DNA of 27,996 nucleotides from Caecitellus pseudoparvulus (lineage: Eukaryota > Protista > Bigyra: Bicosoecida): contig CBFFRQ010000190.1 of assembly GCA_965644315.1 (NCBI GenBank), forward strand, positions 1 through 27,996, written 5' to 3'. Within the stretch, counting starts at the first letter, position 1. Each line of letters opens with the position of its first letter. Positions 18,408-27,996 of this stretch are shown here, piece by piece. The notes beneath the pieces are model-generated. The model worked only from the letters and a program-made list of their open reading frames with translations, was not told the DNA's origin and made no database searches. Position numbers and translations under genes: made by a program.

Positions 18408-20411
18408 TTACACTCGCGCTTTTCGCTTAGCCTGTGGTTTGTGTGCTACTGAGCTCCTGCGGCGCTTTGCTCGACCCAGCGATGCTGCTGCCCCGCCGGC
18501 TTTCCGTGCTTGTCGGGCACGAGCTTTTGTGGGTGGTCGTGATAGCGTACCTCGGGCTTCACAAGCCGAAGCCATCAGTCTGCCGTGCTTGGCGAGGCCA
18601 TCACCATCCACAACACGCATACCTGCAAGCTGCAGGTGGTGCTCCATGTCGCTTGGAGCACGTTCGGGGGTGACGGGCAGCTCAGCTTCAATGGCAGACC
18701 CTGGGTGGCCCATCACATCAGCTGCGCGAGGGTGGGCTTCACGGCTCGCACAGTTGCGGTACGCTAGAAGACTTCCGAGCCCAACGGTGCGGCCATAATC
18801 TGCCAGCCACCCCGCGTCAACGGCATCACTTATCCACCCAACTGCATCATAGTGGGCCGAACTTTTGACAGCAAACACGTCTCGGCCAGTCTGCAAAGCG
18901 ACAGTGTGCAGTACGTCATCCGGGGGGAGTAGGCTTGCAACAAGCACCTGTCTCGACACAGTAAAGTCAGCGGAGTCAAACGTGACATGTGAGGCAGTGC
19001 GCAGCCTGGCCGATGTGTCCGGATACAGCGCTGACAGGAATGCATCCATCACACGAAGTTTCGTTGGACTCTTTGCCTGTGCAATGCGCTGCTCTTCAGA
19101 CATCTCCAGCATTGGCCATGATGTCAAAGATGACAAGTCCGATTTGGCCAGCTTCTGTGCTAACTCCCGCACATGCTGCGGGCTGTGGCCGCAGACTCTC
19201 AGCACATGCTCTAAAAATGCACGCAACCGGCCGTGCGGGCTCACATCGGTTGCCCCCTCCGGGCAAAACTGGCATAATCTGTCCAGATCCCTGGTCAAGT
19301 TCAGATTTGCCGGGTGCGGCCGCCAGTCAACATCGCGCGTGTACATGCAGAAGGATGGGCATGACGCGCTGCCAATGTGGGACAGCAAGTATGCCATGAG
19401 TGTTTCTTTCATCCAGCAGCAACTCTGCAACCGAATGTGACTCACCCGGCCGCCCCAGTCTCGGCGCAGATGTGTGTGGGTGCACCCCCGTGGAAAGGCA
19501 TCGCGCTGGCTGCCACACCTGAATAGCAGGTGTGTTCGCGAGGAGCTTGCGCAAAGTACCATGCCGATGGCAGTGCTGTCCATGCGAGGCACGGCCTCCA
19601 TGCCATGGAGCCATTCTCCCGCACATTGAGCCGAGAAATGGGTGTCCTTGAACAAGCACTCAACTTCGTCAACGAAGACAATCACACTGACACCCGACAT
19701 CGTCAGTAGGGCGCTTGCTACGCCCACCTTGAGCAGTCTTAGGTCTAGAATCCCGAGCGGTCCAAGGGCCAGTTTTCGTGCAAGGTCGTTCACGCGGTCA
19801 GGCGCAGCCCCGGACAGCTCAGACAGCGTCTCAACGAGCTCCAGGCGCTGCTTTGCCGTGCGCAGATGATCCACGATCATATCCAGCAGACGTGTACAAA
19901 AGTGGTCACTAACCGATGCCGTGTGGGTGGAGAGGTCGACGTAACAGGGTATTGTCAGCTTGTCATGCTTCGCTGAGACTGCCGCCTGGGAAGCGTGAAG
20001 GAGGGCCGCAAAGGTCTTGAAGAGGAATGTCTTGCCGATACCCTGCTGGCCTGATAACAAGTATGCCTGTCCTACTGGTGTAGCACTTTGAAGACTGGCT
20101 TTCAGGTAGCGCAACATTTTCAGTTCGGGAAGCAGGTGTGGAAGCGGCAGCACAACCCCAAGACTACCGTCACCGATCCTTGCGGGGCGGGAACCACGTG
20201 GGGGTTCGTTCGTTGATGGGGGGCAGGCCAGTGATACGCTCACGAACCAAGGCGCGGTTGATGGGGGTTGCCCCCGTTCGCGGCGCCCCCTGGCAGCCGG
20301 CCCCCCTGCCCGCTGAATTGGGCTCCGCGCGCCGAAATGCAGACCCTGTGTGACACTCATTGCATTGTACAGTGCGCCCGTGGCCCCTGCGGGGCCATAC
20401 CATGCAGCCAT
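18408..20411 (-). CDS. P-loop NTPase (ASCE/STAND-like; possibly Crinkler-type NTPase); start uncertain
   Basis: Walker A YLLSGQQGIGKT (G..T at 20051-20028), strand IPCYVDL, Walker B VIVFVDEVE, basic C-terminal tail. Family assignment is not established. Confidence 0.7.
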   Translation of the reverse strand: MAAWYGPAGATGALYNAMSVTQGLHFGARSPIQRAGGPAARGRRERGQPPSTAPWFVSVSLACPPSTNEPPRGSRPARIGDGSLGVVLPLPHLLPELKMLRYLKASLQSATPVGQAYLLSGQQGIGKTFLFKTFAALLHASQAAVSAKHDKLTIPCYVDLSTHTASVSDHFCTRLLDMIVDHLRTAKQRLELVETLSELSGAAPDRVNDLARKLALGPLGILDLRLLKVGVASALLTMSGVSVIVFVDEVECLFKDTHFSAQCAGEWLHGMEAVPRMDSTAIGMVLCASSSRTHLLFRCGSQRDAFPRGCTHTHLRRDWGGRVSHIRLQSCCWMKETLMAYLLSHIGSASCPSFCMYTRDVDWRPHPANLNLTRDLDRLCQFCPEGATDVSPHGRLRAFLEHVLRVCGHSPQHVRELAQKLAKSDLSSLTSWPMLEMSEEQRIAQAKSPTKLRVMDAFLSALYPDTSARLRTASHVTFDSADFTVSRQVLVASLLPPDDVLHTVALQTGRDVFAVKSSAHYDAVGWISDAVDAGWLADYGRTVGLGSLLAYRNCASREAHPRAADVMGHPGSAIEAELPVTPERAPSDMEHHLQLAGMRVVDGDGLAKHGRLMASACEARGTLSRPPTKARARQARKAGGAAASLGRAKRRRSSVAHKPQAKRKARV

Positions 20412-21313
20412 TGGCCTGGGCCGCCTGCGCCTCGCGTGCGTGGCAACGGGCGCTGCGCTGCCACGCACAGGCACTGCGAAGACGCCATTGCGGGGGCCAG
20501 CACGTCCCGCAAGGGCTCACCTGATTGGTCCGGGAAGCCATCCAGTGGGAACATGCGTCCTTGCGCTCCCTGTGGAGGAGGGGGGGGGGGCTGTGTGTTG
20601 GCGTTGCAGAGACTCTGCGCAAGAGGAAACGCCTGTACGGGTGCAGGCGCGAGCGGTGCACAGGCGCTGTGAGCACCCGCACACTCACCTTTGATGGTTG
20701 GTATGCTTGATGTGGGTCTGTACAGTGCAGGGGTGGGCGCAGGGCCGAGCGGGGGCTCCCTGTCAGAGTGCGCGTTGGCACTGGCGTTACAGCGCCGGGT
20801 CACTCACTCACCGGCACGCGCAGCGAATGTGGCGGCGCCCTTCCCCGCTTTGCTCCCTTCAATGTAGTATTCAATGTACGCATGCCTGTGGGCGAGGGTG
20901 GATTGGGGCGGGCGCGCGCGGGTTCAGGAGGAACGGAGGATGTGGCAAGTGCCTGCGGAATATGGCAAGGTGATGGTGTGCAGGCACGGTCCCAGGCACG
21001 CCAGCGCCTGTACACACTCACCTGCGGCGCACTACGACGCACAGGTAGCAAGACATCTGCGAAAGGGTTAGGGGGGTAGGATGGGAGGGTGAGTCTGATT
21101 TGCGCGGGTGTGACGGAGTGCCACTGGCTCTGCGCCCGGGGCACCGCCAACGTCTTGGGTCGGTGGGCCCGCAGACGCCAGACCGTGGCATGGACAAGCG
21201 GCGGCGCTGCTCCTGCATTGAGGGCGCCCGTACACGTCATTGAGTACATGAGCCCATGCTTGATGAGTCAGTGCAACACCTCCACACCCCGCCACCCACG
21301 CGTTGGGTGCTTG

Positions 21314-23163
21314 TCAATGATCCCAAAACGAGGTCCCGGTGCTCTCACAGGAGCTCGAGCTGTTCCCTGAGCTCCCTCTTGGGCTGGTGCTCCTCAGGCT
21401 CCCGCTTGAGCTGCTGCTCCGGGGCTCGCTGGTGCGGCGTGGGTCCTCCGGACCCGTTCCCTCTCGGCAGCGCACGCCCCCGCCCATGGAGCGGCCACTT
21501 GCCGGCCCATGTGCGTCAATGCTGGGGGCTTGCTGTGGTGCAGCTTCAGCTTCCAGGCGCGCCATCAACGCCGCGTGGTCCCCCGCCGAGTCCAAGGTCG
21601 TCATGCGACTGAGCACCCACTCCAGGCGGCCATCCCGCAGCGACTCGCGCCGGGCGTCCAGCCACGCGAGCGCAATGAACGGCAAGAGCAGCTGCAGGTG
21701 CGCCCACGACAGGGTGTGGAAGCGCTCCTTGGAGAGGTCAGGCGGGGTGAGGTCGCCCCACCCTGAGTCCCGGGGGTTGGGGCCCACGGCAGCGTTGTAC
21801 CCCACCTGCACGAAGCTGTACAGCTTGTCGGTCTTGGACTCCCTGGTGCCACTGGCAGCGTCCCGCAGTGAGGCCAGCAGCAGGTCCTCGAGCAGAGGGG
21901 GGTCCTGACCATTCCCCAGCACGCCGATGGCGGCGAAGTTGGCAGCGTGCAGGGCCTCGATGTCCGCCTTGGCGAAGGACTCCTTCCCAACGCGACCGTT
22001 CTTTGGCTTGTACCATGCAATCCAGTCGTCCATCTCAATGTTCCCTTTCAGCACTTGGTTGCAGTGGTCAACCCCCCGGCGGCCGGAGGCTGACCGGCTG
22101 ACAGCCTCTCCGCCAATCTCCTTCTGAATGCCCACGATCCCCGTCGCACCATCCATGAACTTTCGAACACGCGCTCGCATGCGCTTCTGACCCGCAGCGT
22201 ACCCACCCATGCCCTCCTTCACGCTGGCAACGGCTGCTTGCACGGCCACCCACACCGCGGAGTGCTCCCCCTCGTAGACCCCCTGCAAGGGCGCCTCCAG
22301 GCCCAGGTCGCCCATCCAGTCTGGCAGGCCACTCTCCTGGCGCTCCACCATGGCCTTGACGGCATCCAAGGTCCCGCCCCCAAAGACACCCACACCTCCC
22401 TCCAAAACGGCCCTGGTCCACAACCGGCGGAAGGCGGCCGCGGGGTCACCCTCTTCTTCGCCAAATGCTACCAGCGGGCAGTCCTGGGGCTTGCCTCCCT
22501 GGGCTGTGCTGACCTGCACTGGGGCTGAGATCGCCTGCAGAAGGGCTGAGTTGGCCTGCACTTGGCGCTGAAGTTTCAGGGTTGTGGCGGCCTGTGCTGC
22601 CACGATCTCCTCCACCACCTCCATGTGGATGGCAAGCCCTCTCAACAACTTGCGCCTGGCACGCGCATCGGAGCTGCTGGTAAGTTTTTGCAGGTCTGGG
22701 AGATGGATCCCATCATGCACATCTTGGCTTCCAGGGGTGGCGGGCGCCTCGCCTGCGCAGGAGCGAAGCCAGCCAGTGCATGCGCAGGCCAGGCGCTTCG
22801 CCTTCAGCACGTGCAGCTGGGCGTACCTGCACCATCTGACGGCTGCTCGGATTGTCCTTCAAGTGTTTGCATCAATGCTGCAAAGCTTGCCCGCAGAAAG
22901 TCCGTGCCTGAGGGGTCGGCGCAGGCACAGGCGTGTTGGCGTGGCGTGTTTGAGGAAAAACTTGCCACATCAAACTCACGGCTCAAGGTCCCACTGTCGA
23001 GGCCGTGGCTTCCTTGCCCCTCGACAAGTGTCCCTTGTAGCCTTTCCTCGGCAAATCGCCTCATTTTCGTCATGGCGGCCTTGTGCTTTTGAGCAGGGAG
23101 GGTGCTCGGCGCACTGGCTGCGTCGGCAGGGGGAAGGTGCCCCCCTGAGGGAGCGGCGCTCAT
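21314..23163 (-). CDS. Spliced gene of unknown function (~591 aa), divergent from the transposase; possible transposon accessory gene
   Basis: ATG 23163 (MSAAPSGG..) exon joins ORF 21314..22810 in frame through a GT-AG intron at 22826-22753. Coiled-coil-like segment MEVVEEIVAAQAATTLKLQRQVQANSALLQAI. Confidence 0.65.
22753..22826 (-). other. Predicted 74-nt spliceosomal intron
   Basis: CAG|GTACGC donor and cttcgctcctgcgCAG|G acceptor. Removal deletes the TGA at 22804-22806 and joins the two ORFs in frame (GCA G|GC GAG). Confidence 0.7.
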
Positions 23164-23325
23164 GAGGGGAGTGGGCTTGCACCAGGGATCTAGCCACAAC
23201 AAACATGCAAAGCAACAATATTTGATCAAATGAAAGGTGTTGGGTTTGGCAAATGGTGCAGACTGCGCCACTGTGGTGGCGTTGCAAGTGCGGTAATTGC
23301 TTCTGCCTGCGCAGTTTGAGCAGAC
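23164..23325. promoter_or_regulatory. Putative bidirectional promoter between divergent start codons
   Basis: A 162-nt gap between ATG 23163 (-) and ATG 23326 (+), locally AT-richer (aaacatgcaaagcaacaatatttgatcaaatgaaa). Positional inference only. Confidence 0.35.
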
Positions 23326-26300
23326 ATGGCCTCGCACGATGAGGTCGCCATCTGCCCGTACTGCCAGAAGACCTTCTCTTGCAGCACTAGAGTTTTGCAT
23401 CACTTGCGTTTCTGCAAGAAGAACCCCCACACCATTGGCACTGGGCTCCACCGCAGCGTGAAGAAGTCCCATCGGCTTCGCGCCCGTGACATTCGCTACA
23501 CTTCGAAGGCTCCACGGTGCAGCCACGCAGCATCCCCCCGAGACGCAGTCGCATCACAGCAAGATGCACTTGAACACGCCAACCCCCAGCCGTTTTCAGA
23601 GCTTCACGCGGCCCCTGGCGCCAACGCAGGCGCCGGCGCCGGAGTACCCTTCGGGGCTGCCACGCCGACACCAGCGGCAGCCCTGGACGGCGCTGACCTT
23701 GGGGCAGGAGCCGGCGATGGCGAGTTCGGAGACAGCTTCTTTGCCTCTGAGCCGTACGCTCCCGCAGCTGCTGCTGCCCCCGGCCCGCCACAGACCGGCC
23801 CCAGCGGGGAGGCATGCGAACCTGCCGAGGAGCCAGCGCCCCCCACCGACTTCCCAGACACCCCAAACCTCCACGCGCTCAAGGTCATGCTGAACACGTC
23901 GTGCAGTGGCGCGGGGATCCACGCAGTCCGAGCGTATGACTGGGCCTGGTTTGTGGCTGTGCTCCTGCAGACCAAGGCCCCGTGGCGCACCCTGAAGGTG
24001 GTCATGGCCCACATGCCTCGCCCCCCAGCGAAGGAGCTGGACAAGCAGCAGAGGCAACTGACACGGTACCCGCTCCTGAAGGGGGCCAGCGACAGGACGG
24101 TGACATCCCGCGCCGGCAAGTCGGTGGTGGCCAGTCTCGACATCAAGGCAGTGCTGCAGGACATGGCCAAGCGGCACGATGTGTCGACCATGATGCCTGT
24201 GCGGGGGGCGGGCACTGTCCCAGACCCCATGCACGTGCCTGCCGTGCAGGTCCCCAGCACCCATGCAGAGGCGGTGAAGAGCATTCCCTTGTTTCAGCAG
24301 GCAGACGAGCTGGCCTATCGTCACTTCGAACGCACCTGCCCAGGGGCCACCCTGACACGCCTCCCTGACACGACGTGGAAGGAAGGGGCGGGCCTGCAGG
24401 CGCCCACCAGCGCGGGTGGCACGGAACCGAGCACCCGCACGTACTCCGGCTTTGCATCCGGCGAGTGCATGCGGGTGTGCTGGAGGGAGGCGCTGGCCGA
24501 CCACGCCCTGCCCATGCCCATCCGCGTCTTTCTGGATGACGCCGTGCTGGACGGGCGCTCCAAGACCATGGTGCGCCCCCTGTCCATAGGCCCACTCTGC
24601 GTCGGCACGGCTCATACCAGGAGCACGTGCTCGTCGACGCTGGTGGGCCTGCTGTCAGGGGACGCCGACCTGTCCGACACGGTTGGCGACGGCGGCCTGC
24701 AGCGCCACCTGGCGAAGCAGGCCGAGTTTGAGGAGCTCCTCCTCAAGCCCATCCAGGAGGGAAACGCTGCCGGGGCTTTCTGGGCGTCCACCGAGGATGC
24801 AGAGGCAGCAGCTCGCCTGACGGCGCTGGGGGTGAGCACTGTTCACAGACAGCGAGGCGGCCGCACCGTGTACCACTGCAAGGTGCGGGTCTTCATCGCC
24901 GTCCTGTCACTGGACTTCAAGGAGGCTTGGGTGCTCCTGAACCTCAAGCAGTTCCACAGCACCCACTGTTCATGCCCCCCCCCCTCCAAGCAAGATCCTG
25001 CCACCGGCTTGCCCAAGACGCCCGACTTCGCCATCCCCCCATGCGTCGCCTGCCTGACGAGCTGCACCCACCGGCCACCCCGGGAACACCGAGACGCCCT
25101 TACCGCAGCAAAGAAAGCCCACGAGGAAGGGGTGGACGTGCCAGCCAGCGTGCAGGCTGTCCTGAACCAGCGCAAGTACCCCGAGCACGTTTGTGCATGT
25201 GAGAGGTACTCTGCCCTGTTCCCGGGAGGCTCCCCCTACGCGGCTCGGCCCACAGACCGTACCCACGTCATGGCCTCTGCCGTGACCGGGGAAAAGGTCT
25301 GGGGCCTCTTCCGACGAGGCTGGGAGGCCCGCGGGGTCGGCTCCCAGAAGAGTCGGAAGGCGACCTTCGAAGCCCGTGCCGCGGCGTGCACACCCCACAA
25401 CGTGGACGGCGTGCGGGTCATGGGCCTTCGCGAAGGCCTGTCAGGGGCCCTGTTCTCAGGGCCCTCCAAGCTGACTGCCGAGGAGCGGCTGGCCACGCTG
25501 CCCTGGCTGCCGCTCCTCGTTGGCAGGGATGATCAAGTCGTCGGGCAGCCGCAGGTGCTGAATGCCCTACAGGCGGCTTGCGGCATGCTGGAGGTGCTGG
25601 TGCACCTGGTGTACGGCCGGGCCGTGGCTGGAGCTGGAGACCCATGCCGCTTGGCGCAGTGGTGCGCCCGGGCCATGGTCTCCTTCCAGTTGGTGGAGGC
25701 CAGCCTGGCCTCCGCCGACCGCGACGCGGCCGACGTCACGTACCCCAAGGCCCATGCCATCACGCACATGGGGTGGTGCATGTGGTGGTTTGGCAGCCTT
25801 GAGGCCGTGGACACCGACATCGGGGAAACGTTCCACACCGTCGTGAACCGGCTCCACCGCTCCACGAATCTGGGCGTGGGGGGGGCCAGTCTCCGGGTGC
25901 TGAAGCGTGCCACTGTGGTGGCGTCCCTGAAAGCCGCGCCATGGCCGCCGTTGGCCGGCTTCAAGGCCTCACCAGATGGGTGGGCAGCCCTTGCTCGGCA
26001 GGAAGGCGGCGACCTCCTGGTGCCGGTGAATCCTGACGGCATGGCCTGGCCGACGGAGTGCGTGCCCATCAAGAGCCGCGTCGGCCGGGCCCCAGACATC
26101 TCCAAGCACCCTTGCAAGGAGGCCATCCAAACCTGGCTGGATCTGCGCGAAACCGGCTCCGGGTGGACGTTGCGCCAGGAGGACATGCCGGACGACGTGC
26201 CGCTGTGGCAGTTGGCGCAGTGCGACAAGGTGCGCCTCACCTTCTCCTCCGGCATCACCAATGCTGTCCAGCTGCCGGCCTACGTGGACAACCTTGTCCT

Positions 26301-26793
26301 GCCAGAGCACGAGGCAGGGGCGCCACGCCCCAGCATGCAGAGGGAGCTGCTGGATGTGGCGCTGTGCCTGTGTCCCCACCTCCGGCCCAAGGACGTGCCC
26401 GACCCCCGCCACATGTGGTTCCTGTGCCGCACAGTAGACACCTCCTTCGACGGTGTCAGTGGCTGGCACCGCGTGGAGTCTCCCCCAGCCGGGGCCCAAG
26501 ACTGGCGCATCGTGAACGGGTCGTGCTTTGTCGGCCGGGCGTGCACCCACGTCGCCCAGCACATGGCCACACTGAGCACGACAAGCGGGGGTCCCACCCG
26601 CCACTGGCTGCGCGCTGGGCCCTCTGGCAAGCAGCGCAACCAACACGCTGAGGGGCCCTCGGCGTCTGCGACGAGTGCCGGCAGGGCGGCGGGGGAAGCC
26701 GCCGTTGCCGCACAGCCGGACCCCGGCGCACCACCGCGTGATGTGCCCCAGGCTGTATATAAATCCCTCAGGTGGCGACGGCACAAAGCCTGA
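23326..26793 (+). CDS. C2H2-type zinc finger + Plavaka-like (CMC/CACTA-related) DDE transposase, 1155 aa
   Basis: N-terminal CPYCQKTF..VLHHLRFC. Plavaka-ordered motifs MPIRVFLDD (D ~24535), RPLSIG, LVGLL, LLKPIQEG, RVFIAVLSLDFKEA (D 24913), HCSC, DRTH, PKAHAITH..FGSL...DT..GETFH (E 25825). Confidence 0.82.
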   Translation: MASHDEVAICPYCQKTFSCSTRVLHHLRFCKKNPHTIGTGLHRSVKKSHRLRARDIRYTSKAPRCSHAASPRDAVASQQDALEHANPQPFSELHAAPGANAGAGAGVPFGAATPTPAAALDGADLGAGAGDGEFGDSFFASEPYAPAAAAAPGPPQTGPSGEACEPAEEPAPPTDFPDTPNLHALKVMLNTSCSGAGIHAVRAYDWAWFVAVLLQTKAPWRTLKVVMAHMPRPPAKELDKQQRQLTRYPLLKGASDRTVTSRAGKSVVASLDIKAVLQDMAKRHDVSTMMPVRGAGTVPDPMHVPAVQVPSTHAEAVKSIPLFQQADELAYRHFERTCPGATLTRLPDTTWKEGAGLQAPTSAGGTEPSTRTYSGFASGECMRVCWREALADHALPMPIRVFLDDAVLDGRSKTMVRPLSIGPLCVGTAHTRSTCSSTLVGLLSGDADLSDTVGDGGLQRHLAKQAEFEELLLKPIQEGNAAGAFWASTEDAEAAARLTALGVSTVHRQRGGRTVYHCKVRVFIAVLSLDFKEAWVLLNLKQFHSTHCSCPPPSKQDPATGLPKTPDFAIPPCVACLTSCTHRPPREHRDALTAAKKAHEEGVDVPASVQAVLNQRKYPEHVCACERYSALFPGGSPYAARPTDRTHVMASAVTGEKVWGLFRRGWEARGVGSQKSRKATFEARAAACTPHNVDGVRVMGLREGLSGALFSGPSKLTAEERLATLPWLPLLVGRDDQVVGQPQVLNALQAACGMLEVLVHLVYGRAVAGAGDPCRLAQWCARAMVSFQLVEASLASADRDAADVTYPKAHAITHMGWCMWWFGSLEAVDTDIGETFHTVVNRLHRSTNLGVGGASLRVLKRATVVASLKAAPWPPLAGFKASPDGWAALARQEGGDLLVPVNPDGMAWPTECVPIKSRVGRAPDISKHPCKEAIQTWLDLRETGSGWTLRQEDMPDDVPLWQLAQCDKVRLTFSSGITNAVQLPAYVDNLVLPEHEAGAPRPSMQRELLDVALCLCPHLRPKDVPDPRHMWFLCRTVDTSFDGVSGWHRVESPPAGAQDWRIVNGSCFVGRACTHVAQHMATLSTTSGGPTRHWLRAGPSGKQRNQHAEGPSASATSAGRAAGEAAVAAQPDPGAPPRDVPQAVYKSLRWRRHKA

Positions 26794-27996
26794 GGGGGCA
26801 AGCGGCTCACCGCAGCTTCCTCTCCGCGCTGCATGTCTCGCCTTAATGCCTTCACCAGCGTCAGGGCTCTTGAGTCGGCCTAGAGCTGACTCGACTCAGG
26901 CAGGACTCCGGCTACCGCGGCGTCTGCGAAGGCCAGCACGGACTCTGCCAGGCGTGGCGCAGATTGGGCGCCCGCCTCGGAGCTGATGGCTCCCACGAAG
27001 GTCTGTAGCAGGGTTAGAACGCAGCGGCCTCGCCGTGTCAGCGCAGTCTCGTGCACAGATCTATCCACCTCCCCTCCTTGGGTCTGCATCTGGTCAGCGC
27101 GCGTGCTGATGCCACCACACAGCACAACCTGCGCGCCGCGCTCCCACACGCACTGAGCGTCCACCCCCCTCCACCCGTCGCCAAGTGCTGCCGAGACGTG
27201 GTCCAGCACGCTGCCCTGCCACTTCATGACCTGTGGCGTGCCGTGGCTGCGGAGTAGTTCCAAGGGAGGCGACGCCCTTCCAGTCCGGCACGGCTTGGGA
27301 GTGCACTCCACCGGCATGCATGCACGGGCAGTGCACTGTGTTGTGGATGGTGTGAGAGTACCCCCCTCTCCCCCTATGTGCCCTGTGCACCTCACCTGTT
27401 CGTGGGAATCAGCCCATGCACCCAGGAAGGGCGCTCACCGTCCATTCAGGGGGGGAGCCTGTGCCTCGTTCCACACTCGCTGCAACCTCACAGAGGCAGA
27501 GGCAGAGGCATCGGAGGTTGGCGACATGAAACGGCGCAAAAATCCACCCAGTGCGTCATGGTACCAAGTAGCATCGCAAAACCTGCCTCACGCGCCGTGA
27601 GGTGGCCGTTTCGTGAGTATACATCCCCCTGCCGGTCGGCGTGGTGGCGGCGCCAATTTCCGCACCCTGCAACCTTCCACTGCCGACGCCCTGCACGCGC
27701 CACCAGCTAGACCCACGCGCTGCCACTGACCACAGGGTGCACCCACAGGCAACTGCAGCAACTGATCTGAGTTTTGTGTCATATTAAGTTTTGAGCCCAC
27801 AGCGCACGCGCTTGCCAGCCGAACCGTGCGAACCAACAGCACCCTCTCCACCACACGGCCGCCTCCCCACTGCCCGCACGCCGCCGCGGCGCGCCACAAT
27901 CCCCACCAGCCACCCCCAGCCACCTAACAGAACCGTTTGCATGCTTTTCCTGGCCGTCCACGTCACTTTGAAAAATCACTCACAGTTGACAGGCGT

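Noticed and set aside
21065-21073. GGGTTAGGG telomere-like seed
   Set aside because: Single unit in a G-rich patch, opposite orientation, and no terminal module adjacent.
27492-27510. (CAGAGG)3 microrepeat and short ORFs in 26800-27996
   Set aside because: Too short and no recognisable coding signal; expected in GC-rich DNA.
27950-27996. Terminal inverted repeat for the Plavaka element
   Set aside because: Only short imperfect matches (about 8 bp near 20629; gapped near 21090), not above chance.

Overview
GC-rich, intron-poor eukaryotic (protist-like) sequence that looks like a left chromosome end or subtelomere with (TAACCC)n = TTAGGG telomeres. Bases 1-11631 are a head-to-tail array of three + strand units. 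Each lacks a poly(A) tail and ends in the same ~190-nt structured 3' module fused directly to telomeric repeats. Unit A (1-3130) is a degraded non-LTR RT copy. Unit M (3143-6071) is an RT-less unit with one ~695-codon ORF1-like gene. Unit B (6186-11589) is a near-intact APE endonuclease + RT + CCHC ORF2-only element. The innermost telomeric tract cuts through a decayed minus-strand ankyrin-repeat gene, suggesting a healed chromosome break that was later extended by retroelements. Further in lie a large WD40-like/SPRY/EF-hand/TM gene split by one in-frame TAG, a P-loop NTPase, and a divergent pair made of a spliced unknown gene and a C2H2-ZnF + Plavaka (CMC/CACTA-like) transposase. The best candidate for a new system is an apparently bipartite, telomere-targeted APE-type LINE with a covarying 3' RNA structure ending in a telomerase-template-like CUAACCC. 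All calls come from reading the sequence by eye; no searches were run.
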